DNA of 64,000 nt from Gracilinanus agilis (taxonomy: Eukaryota), in the NCBI RefSeq assembly GCF_016433145.1, contig NC_058134.1, positions 1,513,459 to 1,577,458 of the forward strand, written 5' to 3'. The translations under genes and the position numbers were made by a program. The notes beneath the pieces were generated by a model. That model did not search any database. It was not told where the DNA came from and saw only the letters and a list, made by a program, of their open reading frames with translations. Numbering within the stretch: the stretch's first letter is position 1; each line of letters starts with the position of its first letter. Positions 1 to 12,545 of this stretch are shown here, piece after piece.

Positions 1-191
1 CAGCCCCCGAGTGACCGTCCCCTTCAGCCCCGAGTGACCGTCCCCTTCAGCCCCCGAGTGACCGTCCCCTCCAGCCCCCGAGTGACTATCCCCTCCAGCC
101 CCGAGTGACCGTCCCCTTCGGCCCCCGAGTGACCGTCCCCTCCGGCCCCCGAGTGACCGTCCCCTCCGGCCCCCGAGTGACCGTCCCCTGG
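1..191. repeat. 24-bp (23-24) minisatellite, about 8 units of CCCCCGAGTGACCGTCCCCTYCRG, in the intron just before a C1GALT1 exon
   Basis: Directly visible tandem units ending at 27, 50, 74, 98, 121, 145, 169 and about 191. It produces the repetitive GPRVTVPS / TVTRGPEG ORFs. Confidence 0.95.
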
Positions 192-207
192 TCCCGCTTG
201 CCTGCAG

Positions 208-1445
208 ACGAGGACACGCGCGTGGCGGACGAGCTGTTCCACAGGGTGCGGGTGCTGTGCTGGGTCATGACGGGGCCGCAGAACCTCGAGAAGAAGGCGC
301 GGCACGTCAAGGCGACGTGGGGCCGGCGCTGTAACCGGGTGCTCTTCATGAGCTCTGAGGAGAACAAGGACTTCCCCACGGTGGGGCTGGACGCCCGCGA
401 GGGCCGCGACCAGCTCTACTGGAAGACCATCCGGGCGTTCCAGTACGTGCACGAGCACCACCGCGACGACGCCGACTGGTTCCTGAAGGCGGACGACGAC
501 ACGTACGTGGTGCTGGACAACCTGCGCTGGCTGCTGGCGCGCCACGACCCGGCGCGGCCCGTCTACTTCGGGCGCCGCTTCAAGCCCTACGTGCGCCAGG
601 GCTACATGAGCGGCGGCGCCGGCTACGTGCTCAGCCGCGAGGCGCTGGCCCGCTTCGTCGAGGCCTTCCGCACCAGCCGCTGCTCGCACAGCTCCTCCGT
701 GGAGGACCTGGCGCTGGGCAAGTGCATGGAGGCCGTCGGCGTGGAGGCCGGAGACTCGCGCGACCCCGGCGGCAGGGAGACCTTCCACCCCTTCGTGCCG
801 GAGCACCACCTCATCCGGGGCTACCTGCCCAAGACCTTCTGGTACTGGAACTACAACTACTACCCGCCCGTGGAGGTGAGAGGCCGGGGGGCGCGGGAGG
901 GCCCGCAGGGGCTGACCCCCCCCTGACTCCCCAAGCCCAGGACTGAATGCCTCGGGACCGCAGAGCCGCGAATGCCCGTCTCAACTACCCTTCTGCGATG
1001 GACGAGAGGGTGGCGGTGGGGCTCAGAGGCAGAATGGGGGGCCCGGGGGGCGCCGGGGTCACCCGCACAGCTTACAGAGATCATTCGGGTACCGCCATGG
1101 GGGGGTCCAGGGCCCGGCACGAGGACCCCCGCGGGGGCCCCCAAATCCCATGGGGAGGGGGCCCAGCCCCTCCTTTCATCCTCATTGCTGCAAAGCAGCC
1201 CCCAGGCCGTGGGCTGACCGACGTTTTCCTCTGCCCAGGGTCCAGGCTGCTGCTCGGATCTCGCCATCTCCTTCCACTACGTCGACTCCACCACCATGTA
1301 CCAGCTGGAGTACCTGACGTACCACCTGCGTCCCTACGGCTATGCCTACAGATTCCAGCCCGCCTTGCCAGAGGGGCCGGCCAAGCCAACGGGCAAGGCC
1401 CCCCAAAAGGAGGACCCCCAAGAGAAAGTGGGCAGCTCCTCCTGA
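208..1445 (+). CDS. C1GALT1: Core 1 beta-1,3-galactosyltransferase (T-synthase), last two coding exons: 208-875 and 1239-1445
   Basis: Exon 208-875 is 668 bp (cag| acceptor, |gtgag donor) and encodes (D)[30 protein letters not shown]...[10 protein letters not shown]...YNYYPPVE, including the DxD motif. Exon 1239-1445 encodes [35 protein letters not shown]...KVGSSS*. Exon size and phase match human C1GALT1 as recalled. The upstream exon lies outside the window. Confidence 0.98.
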
Positions 1446-1528
1446 GCAGGAGGCTGGGAGCCCACCAGGGACGTGCCCTCTGCCAAAGGAAGGCCTGCCC
1501 CAGAGCACGCAGCAGCTGTGGACCGCGC

Positions 1529-1857
1529 NNNNNNNNNNNNNNNNNNNNNNNNNNNNNNNNNNNNNNNNNNNNNNNNNNNNNNNNNNNNNNNNNNNNNNNN
1601 NNNNNNNNNNNNNNNNNNNNNNNNNNNNNNNNNNNNNNNNNNNNNNNNNNNNNNNNNNNNNNNNNNNNNNNNNNNNNNNNNNNNNNNNNNNNNNNNNNNN
1701 NNNNNNNNNNNNNNNNNNNNNNNNNNNNNNNNNNNNNNNNNNNNNNNNNNNNNNNNNNNNNNNNNNNNNNNNNNNNNNNNNNNNNNNNNNNNNNNNNNNN
1801 NNNNNNNNNNNNNNNNNNNNNNNNNNNNNNNNNNNNNNNNNNNNNNNNNNNNNNNNN
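1529..1857. other. Assembly gap (329 N)
   Basis: Run of n, flanked by a GGAT simple repeat. Confidence 1.
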
Positions 1858-2222
1858 GTTGGATGGGTGGATGGAAGGATGGATGGATGGATAGATGAAC
1901 AGATGGACGGATGATTGGGTGGTTGGATGGAAAAATGGATGGGTGGATGGATGAAAGGATGTATGGAAGGATGATTGGCTGGTTGGATGGATGAACAATT
2001 AGACAGATGGATGGATGAATGATCGGGTGGATGGATGGATGAGCAATTAGCAGACAGATGGATAGTTGGACGGATGGATAGTTGGACAGATGGATGGATG
2101 GTTGGGTGGATGGATGGATGGATGAATGAATTAGACAGACAGATGGAAAGATGGTTGGACAGACGGATGGATGGATGAACAATTGCAGACAGATGGATAG
2201 TTGGACAGATGGATGGACGGTT
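1858..2222. repeat. Degenerate (GGAT)n/(GGAC)n simple repeat
   Basis: Visible tggatggatgga tracts. They explain the IHPS/MDGW ORFs. Confidence 0.95.
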
Positions 2223-3773
2223 GGAGATATACAGAGGTACAAGTATGAAGGTTTTATATTCCCCAGAGGCCCAGTTTGTTGACTGCTGGGAACAGCTGAG
2301 TAAAGTTTGCTTTTGCCTCAGCCCCCTTCGTCCCCGGATGCCCGTCACAGAGGGAGGCTGGTGCCCAGCCCCTCGGCTCCCGCCTGTTGTGGCTCGGACC
2401 TCGTGCGCTCCTGAAAGCCGCAGGTTTGGGTGGGGAGGGGCTGCTTCTGTTCCAACCTGACCTGCCTTAACCAGAAGACCCCAAAGACAACAGACGAGCT
2501 GCTGCTGCTCCCTGGCCTGTCGTGGCCCGAGCTCGTCTCTGGCCCTCGAATGGGGGGAAGCGGGGGCCCCTGCTGATCACGGCCACTCGGGACACATTGG
2601 GCTGTGGCCGAGTCTTCCTATCGGAGTCCTCTGGGAAACGCTCCCTGTCTGGGCCCCGGCCCAGGATGCCTCTGTTCCACCGGCCCAGCTTGGTTCCGAT
2701 GCTCCATTTGAACCACTCTTGTTGCCCGTCGCCCATTGCCCGCCAGGACTGCCCGGCTGCCCCCGAAGTCGGCTTTGCCCACAGCTGCCAGCGTTCTCCC
2801 CACCCGCCTCTCTGGGTCTTCTCCGATCCACCTCCTGGTGGTGCCAGAAGGGCCCCGAGGGACCCCGCTGATGGTCATTCCTCCACGCGGCCCTCCTCGT
2901 GCCCTAATCGGAGGTCCTGTGAAGGGACTAGAAGGGCCGGTCCAGGGCTACCATCTGGGCAGGGGCCACCCAGGACCCAGTGAGGCCTCCAAGGCCTTCC
3001 TCTCAGGGCAGGGAGTGAGGAGAGCCGCCCCGGAGAGGGAGGCCCGGCGCCCTCGTCCCAGGTCACTTGACTGGCCCACACGCGGTGGCTTTTTATGCAG
3101 AAATTCTTGGGATTTGAGGATTGTTGTCGATGAGGATGTTGTTGAGGGAGGGGCTTCATATGGGACCTCCCATGGGAATTGGGGGGGCACCCCATTGGCT
3201 CCCACAGCAGTGGCGGGGGAAGGGCCACCCCATTTTCTCAAAGGCCCCTGCCCGGGAGGAGAGGGCAGAGCCCCATGGGCAGCCTGCTCTCGGGCACCAG
3301 AGCCGTCTCGCTTTGACCATCCAGTGACCGAGCGGCGGACGCCCCGAGAGCAAAGTGCAGCCATGTTTTATTCTCGTCCTCAGGACGACGGCCCCTCTTG
3401 GTCACTCGAGCCCCCACGGAGGCTCCCCGTAATCTCTCCAGCGCCGAGCTGGTGGGGTGTCGAGAGCGAGGCCTTCCCCTTGGTGCCCTCTGGCTCCTAC
3501 CACCTCCCAGGAGTGGCCCCGACTTTAGAAAGGGGGTGCTGGGGGACGCCTCTCAAGGGCCCACCTGCCCAGCATCTGGTGCCCACACCCCCTCCCCCAT
3601 GTCCGGCCTTGGACACGGCTTCAGGGCTTCCTTCTTTGTCCTCCTGGGGTGCCCAGAGCACCGCTGGGGGACACTTGGGGCTTGTGGCCGCCCCCCACCC
3701 CGGCCCCGGGTGCCCCCGTTTCTAAAGTGCCTTTTGGATGGTTGTGGTTTTGTTAAACCCAGAATTGCACAAA

Positions 3774-3779
3774 AATAAA
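3774..3779 (+). terminator. Candidate C1GALT1 polyadenylation signal (AATAAA)
   Basis: AATAAA in an AT-rich island followed by GU-rich sequence (ctgtgtgttgg). It is the first such signal I saw after the stop codon, excluding the gap. Confidence 0.5.
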
Positions 3780-5129
3780 TGTGAACGGCCATGTCCCGCC
3801 TGACCTGTGTGTTGGCCCGCGTCCGTGCGTCTGTCCCTGGGAGTCAGTCAGTGAGGCCCCCCCGCACTCCTGGGATGCGCACTTGATTCAAACTCGGGGC
3901 ATCGGGGCTCCCTTGAGCACCAGCCCCACCGTGGGCACCTCAGAGGGTTTGCCCAGGCAGGGCATGGCCGAAGGTGCCTGAGGGCCGGGGCACGCGTGGC
4001 ATTAACACAACTGGAGGCAGAAGTCTGGAGGGGCAAGCCGTGGGGGTTAGCCAGGACTCCTGTCCCCAGGCCTGGCGCTATCCACCGAACCCCACGAACT
4101 GCCCAGCAGGCCTTTCTGCCCTTTGAATGCTTGCTGGTCATCCTAGTGACCGCTGAACCACCCTCTGCCATGACGACCATCCAGGGGCTCCGTCTTCCCC
4201 CAGACCACCAGATCGTCTTCGGACGATGGTGGGCTCTCCTGACCATCAGCCTGATGGAGCAGGGAGGAGGGGCAGAAAGCTGTCCGCTCCTAGGCTCCCT
4301 CCCTCCCCCATGGCCGGCCGCCCACTGCCCAGGTCTCGGTGCGTCCCTCCGAGTCTTTCCCCTCCTTTAGGGCTCGAAGTCCCAAGTTCCAGCCCGGCGG
4401 TGGGTGGTGGTTGGTAGGCTGAAGCCCGGCCGCCCCGGCGTCCCTCCACCCCTCTCTGCCTGGCTCTGCGCCCAGCCCTTAGCGAGGCACCGCCCTGGGG
4501 TGACAGCGGGAAGCAAGGCTGCCCTGCTGTGCCTCTGGGAGCCCAAATGGCCCCTGCCCAAGGGGAGCCTGGGGGGAGCCTGGGCAGGCCCTGGGCACTG
4601 CCCTGCTTCGCTCCCCTCCCGCCAGGTTTGCCACCAGCCAGCCTGAGCAGCCTTTAGGGAACGGGGGCAACCGGGCACCGGGAAGAGTGGAAGGGCAGCC
4701 CCCCCGGGCACCTCCTGCCAGATGTCTAGGAGGGATCCTCAGCCCGAGAGCCGGCGTGGCCATGGGGCACCCAGCCAGCCTCAGGAAACTGGAGCTGGCA
4801 CAGAGCTGGAGCAGGGCAGCCCGGGCCCTCTGAGGTGGGCATGCAGGGCCCTCTGGGGCAGGCACACAGAACCCTCTGGGGCGGGCACGCAGGGCCCTCC
4901 TGCTGTGCCTTTGTGGGCATCACCAGGCAGCCCGGCCGCTCACCAGTGCCCCCACCCTTCCCAGTACAGCTGCCTCCGGCAGGGGCCTTCCTGGGTGCTG
5001 AGCCACGGGCAGAGGGGGTGGGCAGCTGGCCGGGGCCCTCGAGGTGTTGTCAGAGGGGAAGGAATGGCATGTGGAGAGGCCGGGACGGAGCGGGGTGAAG
5101 CCTGGGGGCCGGCCCGACTTCCCTGCATG

Positions 5130-5310
5130 GGGGGCCTTCTTGGCGAAGACACCAGCGTGGCAGTCCATTTCCTTCTCCAGTGATTAAGGCCAATGGGGCT
5201 AAGTGACTTGCTCAGGGTCACACAGCTAGTGCAAGTCTGAGGCAGGACTTGAATGCAGGTGTCCTGACTCCCGGCCCAATGCTCTACCCACTGAGCCATC
5301 CAGCGGCCAC
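5130..5310 (-). mobile_element. Marsupial CORE-SINE (MAR1/MIR-like)
   Basis: Reverse complement carries the CORE (aagtgacttgctcagggtcacacagctag) and a MAR1-type tail (ctggagaaggaaatgg...gtcttcgccaagaa). Confidence 0.8.
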
Positions 5311-8139
5311 TCCGGCCCACATGATAGCACCTGGAGGCCGGCGGCAGACCGCAGAGACCCCATCTTTGAGCCTCATCGTCTCCCGCCAAGGGGGACTCAG
5401 AATTTCCAGGCTGGAGAGATCTCGGGGCTCCGGGAGGGCATAAATGCCCCCCACCTGCCTGGAGGAAGAGCTGCCCTGCCAGGGGGTCTCCCTGGGCTGC
5501 TCCTCGCCCTGCCCTCCCTTGGGGGATCCCTCTGCCCAGCAGCACCCCTTTGGCTCCTCACACCCAGCACCCTCAGGCTTCTCCCTCTCTGACAGCCCGT
5601 CCCCCCGAATGGTGCCCGCCTGGGAAAGGGGACGCAGGAGGTGTAGACCAGGGCCTGAGGAGGCTGGCGAGGGCCTTCCTTCCTGCCTCCTGGCTAGAGC
5701 TGGCATGCCTGGCAGTGGTGCCCATCCGGACAGGCATTTTATCATCAACCCACCCAGTGGGGACCTCCTTGGCCTCATCCCTGGCACCAGCACCCAACGG
5801 CAGGGAGGCCTCGAGGGAGGGAGGGCAGGCAGGCTAGCCTGGAGCCCAGGAAGATGCTCCCCGGACCTCCAGCCTCCTGCCCGGTCCCCGTAGGAAGCAG
5901 GGGGACGGGCTGCTCGGTACCATGAAATGCCAGTTTTCTGGGGTTCCCAGCACCCCCGAGGCTTCCACAAGGCTGACCAGTGTGTTCAGAGCCAGAGGCC
6001 CCCCGGCCCGCCTTCTGGAGCCCCCCGATTGTGCCTCACCAAAGGCCGGAACCCCCCGAGCTGAACCCCCAGATGGAGCTTCTTCAGTGCTTCAGCTGGG
6101 CCAGGCGGAGCCCCCAGAACCCCGAGCCCAGAAGCAGCCGGCTGGGCCTCCAGTCCCGACCTCTCTGAGCCTCAGCTTTCTCACCTGCTAGCGCCTGGCC
6201 TTCCTGGGCCCGGGGAGGCCGGCCCAGAGGCAGCAGCCCTTCCAGGTTGGCCGGACCATCCCCGGCTGCTTCTCTTTGTCCGAGGAATGGCTGCCGGCCC
6301 TGCCAGCCCTGGACCTTCTCTAGGTCTGCGCAGTGTGCCGGGCCTCCTCCCATCCTCCTGCCTTCCCTTCTCCATGCCAAGGCTTGGTTTGGGTGCGATT
6401 CCTGCCAGGGGTCAGAGCCCGGGAAGTGGAGGCCCGGATTCTCGTCTCCCACTGCTTCCCTTTGCCTGGCTGGGCCTGCCTCGGTCTCTCCACGTGTCCT
6501 GAGGGGGGCTGGACCTCTGTGGTCGCCCTTTGGTCAGTCACAAGTCCGGGGCCTTTCGGGCATCGTTCTCCTACACAGCCGGGCAGGCGGCCGGACGGGG
6601 CCCATTTACAGAGCCGGAGAGCCTCGTCCAGAGGCCGGGAAGAGCCTGACCCCCGCCTGGCTGAGACTCCCTCCCCAAAGGCGGCGAGGACAGAGCCCGG
6701 GACGCCTCGGACGGAGGGGGAGCCTCAGTGACCTCTTCTGTGAAGGGGGCGCAGCCAGGGCGCTCCCAGGGCCTCCGGGTCAGAGCCTCCCAGCTGAGGT
6801 TCTACGCGTGGAGTCAGCGTGTCCGAGGCCCCGTGGGAAGGTGCCCGCCCCGCTGGGGGCCTCCCTGGCATGGCTGGTGCCCCCCGGGCCCTCCTCCCAT
6901 CACGGCCCCCGGAGCCGTTCACAGGAACGAGGGGCAGGGAGAGCCAGAGGCCCAGACCTCCCCAGAGCCGGCAGAGGAGGGTCCCCGAGACGAGGCTTAG
7001 GCCTCTCGGCCATCCCCAGCCGGGCAGCCTCCCTGTCCCCGGGCATCTGCAGCCTCTTCGCCCCGCTCCCCCGGCTCGCTGCGGTCAGCGCTGGCCTCCC
7101 TCCGGCCCCGTCCCTGCTGACCGGCCACTGCCGGCTCTGAGCCCTCCCCGGGGCGCCCGCCCGGCCCTTGTCCCCCGCAGCCTCGCCACCGGGAGAAGGC
7201 GGACGTTCCGGCCTCCCTTTCCGCTCCTCTCCCAGCCTTCCTGCCTGGCGCTGCATCCATCAGCCGGGATTAGGGAATCCCACGAGGCGGGATGACTCAG
7301 AGCCCCGAGATCCTAATTGCCCTCCCGTGGCGGCATCTGTCAGCAGAGGGATCCGGGCGCCCGCTGGGGAGGCGGCAGGTGTGAGGCCAAAGCTCCGAGC
7401 TCTGTGCCAGCTACGCCAGGCAGCGCGCCCCGCACTGCCCGTTATGTCCTCACCCGGGCACGGTGCCCTGGGCAGAGACGGAGGAGCCGGGCAGCAGCCG
7501 CCCCTGAGGCCCGTGCGGGGGAGAGAGTGCCTGTCCCGGCTCTGCCAGCCTCGGTCCCCCTTCAGGGAGAAGGGCCCCTGGCATGCCGGTGCCACCCCGA
7601 CCATCGCCCACGACGGCCGCGGCCACTCACAAGCGACGAGACCCAGCTGGGGGGGGGCACCTGGCGGCTCCCTGGCACGGCCTCCACAGGAACAATCCAG
7701 GGTGGGCACGACGATAACGTCCGACATGCCCCGTGGCAGATGCCCAGGCATGGAGGGTGCGGCGGACCTGAAAATGGGCGAGTCGGAGGCTGCTGAGCCG
7801 GGCGGGAGGCAGCCTGCCAGCGGTGGGGAGCGGCCCAGAGTCCGGATGTCCCGGGTGCCAGGCTTCCCTCTGACACTTGCTGGCACCACAGCCGCCTCGC
7901 CCGGACAGCCCGGAGTGCTGGAAGCCAGGCGTCAGCCTCCCTCGGCTCGAGCCTCGCCTCGCTCACCCGGGAAACGGGTCCCCCTGCTGCCTGCCTCTCA
8001 GCACCGCGTCCACAGGGCAGACCCCCGAGCAGGCGGCAGGACCTCCCCGGGGCTCCCCAGCCCCGACGGGGACCTTCCCTCAGGCAGGGCAGGAAGGGGC
8101 GTCTGCCCGGGTCTGAAAGGCTGGCACTAGCGGAGCCCA

Positions 8140-10250
8140 GATGGGCATGAACCCTCCCCCGGCGCCCGAGCCTCGCTGGGGCTTTGAGGTCCTCCTCTTC
8201 CTCTTCCTCTTCCTCTTGGACGCCTTTGGAGGCGGGTCCAAGTTGTTCTCCAGCGCGCAGGCGCGGCCCCTTCGCCGCCCCTCCCCTTTCCGCATCGTGC
8301 AGGGCCAGCGTGAGGCACGAGGATCCGCGATGACTTCGAGCCTGTCCCACAGGCCTGAAGAGAGTTTCGGTTTCTTCTGAAAGCTGCGCATGTGCTCCGC
8401 CTACCGTTGGGGAAGGGGAATGCAGCGGGCTGTGGCGCGGCTCCCTGGCCGCTTGGCCTGCGCCCTCCCTTCTCAGGTTTAGGGAGCAAAAGCGGCAAAA
8501 AGTGCCGAGGAGGAGTCTGGCAGCCGCCTTCGCCTTTTCTCCACAGTTTCACGTTCCAGTGAATCTGCGCTGCGTGTCGGGGAGTCGCTCCGGACCAGCC
8601 GGCTGGAGGCTTTTTCCTTGGGGAGCCCACGGGCCGGTCAAGTCCTCTGCCTGAGCTGGGGCCCCTCCACGCTTCAGCCCCTTCTCTTCCCCGCACTCGG
8701 CCACTTCCCTTGGATGGCCCGCTTTGCCCACGGAGATTCGGGCAAAATAGATGCCAATAACTGGAGACTTGAACTTGCTCTTTTTCGGGTTCTTTGTTTT
8801 TAGCATGTCCAATTCACTGTGCTGCTCCTCCCTGTATTTGTTTATTTTTAATCCCTCCCTTCCCTCTTAGAATCAACACTGGGTATTGGCTCCAAGGCAG
8901 AAGAATAATAAGGCTTAGGCAATGGGGGTCAAGTGACTTGCCCAGGGTCTCACAGCTATAAAGTCTCTGAGGGCAGATTTGAACCCAAGACTTCCTCCTC
9001 TAGGGCTGGCCCTCAACCCACTGAACCACCCAGCTGCCTCCATCTTTCTCTCTTTTATTGATGTACATATTAAGAGATATAAATTGTCCTCCCTATATTG
9101 CTCTGGTTGCATCCCACAGAAGTTGGCATGTCGTCACTCGTTCTTAGAAGATAATTCTGTTTCACATTCACTTTTAAATTCTGCTCCCACATTTCTTTAG
9201 CAAACGTCATTTTTATACATTCTGGTCCCCAAAGGGCACATCTGTTATTCTGGTTTTCGGTATTTGTTTAGCAGGTTGTGTGTCCTACTACAGTCACCTT
9301 TTTGAAGGTACCATGTATAGCTGAGGAAAAAATATCCTCCTTTCTATTCCCATTTCTCTTCCCAGGTATCTGACATATCTCCCTTTTCTGAAACTCTGTT
9401 CATCCTCGGAACCTTCTCCTACCGATTTACGGTTGGATTTGTCTAGTTCTGTGAGGGGAAAGTTGAGATCCCCCATTAGTGTAGCAAAGTTGCCTCTTTA
9501 TTTCCTCTTCTAACTCACTTAGCTCTTCCTTTAAGAATTCGGTTGCCGTGTCATGGTGTGTCTAGGCTGCTGCCTATATTATTGTGTCGTCTGGGGCCGT
9601 TTCCTGATTTGGTTTTCATCCCATCTGGTTTTGCTTCCGCTTTGTCCGAGATCATGATGGCTGCGGCTGCCTTTCTCACTTCAGCTGAAGGATGAGAGTC
9701 GGCTCCGGCCCCGTTTCCGCGTTGTGTGTGTTTCTTATCAAGGCCGTATTTTGGGGTTCGGGTTTCGGACCCTTGGGCTGCATGGAGGAGCACAGCCCGT
9801 GGACAGGCACGGCTGAGCGCTGCCCGTTTCCCTCCAGCCTCCTCTCTGCTTTTTCCTTTGCCCTGCTGAGTCTCCTGGGATCCGCCCTCCCTTTTTCTCA
9901 TCCTCTCTCCCTCCTCTTTCCTTGCTGAGTCACAGATTTCTATCCCCACCTGAGGCCTCTCTGGAATCCTCCCTCTTTCAGCACTTCCAGCCTTGCCTGG
10001 CTGCGGCCCATTTCCCTTCCACACTACGAGTTCTTTCACTTGCCCTCCTCTTCCTCGCCTTCCCCCTCCCCTGACCCCCCTTCCTCACTCCTCTGTTTGT
10101 GTTGTGGTGGTGCCGGGATGATGCACTCCCAGCTGTGCCCGCTGCTGCCCGTGGGGCTCCTTTTGGGCATGTTCTTGGGCGTTCCGTGTATCCCGGCCAT
10201 GTAAACAGCCGCCCTTCATGATGGCGCTTTTTCAGATGGCATTCTTTGTC
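8140..10250 (-). mobile_element. Decayed LINE-1 (ORF1 end and ORF2 endonuclease region), interrupted by a SINE
   Basis: Minus-strand peptides KAAAAIMISDKAEAKPD (9551-10039 ORF) and GDLNFPLTELDKSNRK (9294-9476 ORF) match the L1 ORF2 EN domain (KKAGVAILISDK; VGDFNTPLS.LD+S.R). Outer boundaries are approximate. Confidence 0.8.
8845..9042 (-). mobile_element. Marsupial tRNA-derived SINE (SINE1/2_Mdo-like)
   Basis: Reverse complement starts ggaggcagctgggtggttcagtgggttgag with CORE gggcaagtcacttgaccccc and a 3' tail. Confidence 0.9.
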
Positions 10251-11992
10251 CTGTGACTTCCCAGAATGGGGCTTCTATGGGTCGCCGGGGCAGGACCCCA
10301 TCTCGGGGAGGGCATCCCCCTCTCAGCCCTGCGGTAGGCCAAGGGGGGGATTTCTCCCCAAGAAAAGAGCCGGCAGCCCGGAGCCCCTCTTTTGGTCCCT
10401 AACAGGGACTGTTAGCCAAAGGAGCGTCCGGCCAGCCCGGGGTCCCTGCCTGCCCTCCTCGGGGCCGTGGACGCTGCTCTGGGGTCGGGGCTCAGACCCA
10501 AGGGGGCTGCCTATCTGACGCAGGGAGGGGGCAGAGGGGCCTGGCCGGCCGGGTCCTCTGACAGGGTGAACTCTGACTTGTAGGCGGCACCCCCTCTGTC
10601 CACTGGTCTGCCCTCTCCAGCCATGCAAGGCCCCTCCTCAGCGCCCCTGGCTGGAGGGGGTCATGGGGAAGCTGGTCCTGTCCCCCTGGGGCCGCCTCCC
10701 TGCCCACACCAGGCTCAGCAACGAGGAGCTCGCAGGGCTCAAAGGCGGGGGGGGGACACCTGCTCAGGAGCCCCCCCCCCCGGTCTGCCTCTGGCTGGGC
10801 CCTGGCCGGCCTGGGGGGCCTCAGACAGGCTGCTCTGCTTCCACAGGGGCCGGCCAGGGCACACGGCTGTTGGGAAAGGTCCGGGCCGTGTTCTGTCTCA
10901 AGGGCTGTGCTCGAGGCTCCGGGCTCTGGGTGCTGCTCGTGCCACCCCTTTGGCCCTCCAGGGTCCACGACCAGCAGGCCTGGGGAGGCCCTGGGGAGGC
11001 CCGGGCTCTACGCTCCCCACTCTACACAGGCGGAGGCTGAGGCTGGCAGAGGAGCAGTGACTGGGGTGACACCGCCTGGAGTGTCTTGGGCGGGATCCGA
11101 ACTCCGGCCTTCCTGACTCATCTTGTGCCTGGCAGGGTCAGGGCGGGATGCCCACAGCTCGGTCCTAGACTCTAGTTTCCTGGGTTTCCCCCTGAGTTGT
11201 GCCGGAGGTGTGAGCGCCCCCCCTCCCTGCCCCAGGAGCCCCAGTGCTTTCTGGGAGCAGCCGGCCTCTCGGCCCTCAGGTTCCCAGTGCAGGGCTGGAG
11301 CTGCCTTCCCTGGGCTCTTGGCTCCCTCCGGGGTGATGGTGGGCACAGCTGGCACGCCTGGCAATGGCGGCTCTGGGAGCTCCCCACGGTGGGCAGCCCC
11401 ATCCCCCCGAGGCAGAGGGCGAGCTTGCGTGCCATCTCAGGCCGTGGGTGCTGCCCCTTCCTGAAGAGCCCACGGCGAGCCCGGCAGGACCATCGAATGG
11501 ACCATTGAGCGGGCTCACTCCTCTGGCCACGGCTCCCCGTGCGAGGTGGGCACCAGGCCAGGGAATGCCTTCAGCCACCGCCAGAGGGCCTCGGGCACAG
11601 CGCAGGGACCCTCAGAGGAGGGTGAAGTGACTTGCTCAGGGACACCCTGCCAGGAAGAATCTGAGGCTAGATTTGAATTTGGGGCCGGATTCCAGGTCAC
11701 CTGGCCGGAGCCAGAATTAGGTGTCTAGGAGGGCCGGGGACAACTAGCCCAACTGGGGGAGCTCTGTGCCATGAGTCCAAAGAGTGGGGGGCTCTCGGAG
11801 AGGCTGTGTGTCAGCTCCAGGGAGCCCAGAAAGAAGAGAGCTGCCGGCCATCTGGCTGGCTGGCTGTCCCTCAAAGGTGCAGCCATGTGGGGCCTCTGGA
11901 TGCCCCTCTTGGATCAGAGCCACCTCCAGGGCTCCGTCCAGGCACGCCTGCGCCCCTTGGCCTTGGCCCTTTTCTGGGAAGGGGGGCCCCCT

Positions 11993-12060
11993 CTGCCTCC
12001 TCTGCCCGCCCCGGGCACGCCTGCCTCCTCTGCCCGCCCCGGGCACGCCTGCCTCCTCTG
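11993..12060. repeat. 28-bp tandem repeat x2.4 (CTGCCTCCTCTGCCCGCCCCGGGCACGC)
   Basis: Units at 11993-12020, 12021-12048 and a partial unit at 12049-12060. Confidence 0.9.
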
Positions 12061-12409
12061 GCCAAGGAGCTCGCCTCTCATCGGGGTGCTCGTCTAGGGA
12101 AACCTCCCAGCTCCGTTCCCGTCCACTCTAAGGTGCCCAAAGGCTAAGGGAGGCCCTCGTTAATGAGCCGGATCCGGCCATCCGAGGCCTCCCCTGACCT
12201 CCGCCCCCCCCCAGCAAAGCCCCTCATCCTGCCTCCCTCGCACGTGGGTGGGCCTGGGCAGCCTCAGGGAGACTCTGGGGTTCAGGGCATTCGCCGCCCA
12301 GAGATCGTGCCTGCTCCCCCCAGAGAGGGCGGAGGGGACCCCCATTGGGAGGAGAGGATTTTAGGGTTCAGGGGAACAGCGGCAGGTCCAAACTTCGCTG
12401 TTGTTTCTT

Positions 12410-12545
12410 TTGTAGCTGAGGATGGAGAGGCAGAGAGAGCAGAGCGTGGCCAAGGACGTTTGAATTCCGCCTCAGATGCTCACTGCACGGTCACAGGCAA
12501 ATCACTTAACCCATTTGCCTCAGTTTCCTCATCTGTAAAATGCCA
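12410..12545 (+). mobile_element. MIR/CORE-SINE remnant
   Basis: ggcaaatcacttaaccc...gcctcagtttcctcatctgtaaaatg is the MIR core. Confidence 0.85.

Noticed and set aside
24-809. 261-aa minus-strand ORF opposite the C1GALT1 exon
   Set aside because: It is an antisense shadow of a GC3-rich coding exon plus the minisatellite, with no independent homology.
947-2348. Long ORFs spanning the first N-gap and the GGAT repeat (also those spanning the gaps at 19267 and 27508)
   Set aside because: They are artefacts of N runs and stop-free simple repeats.
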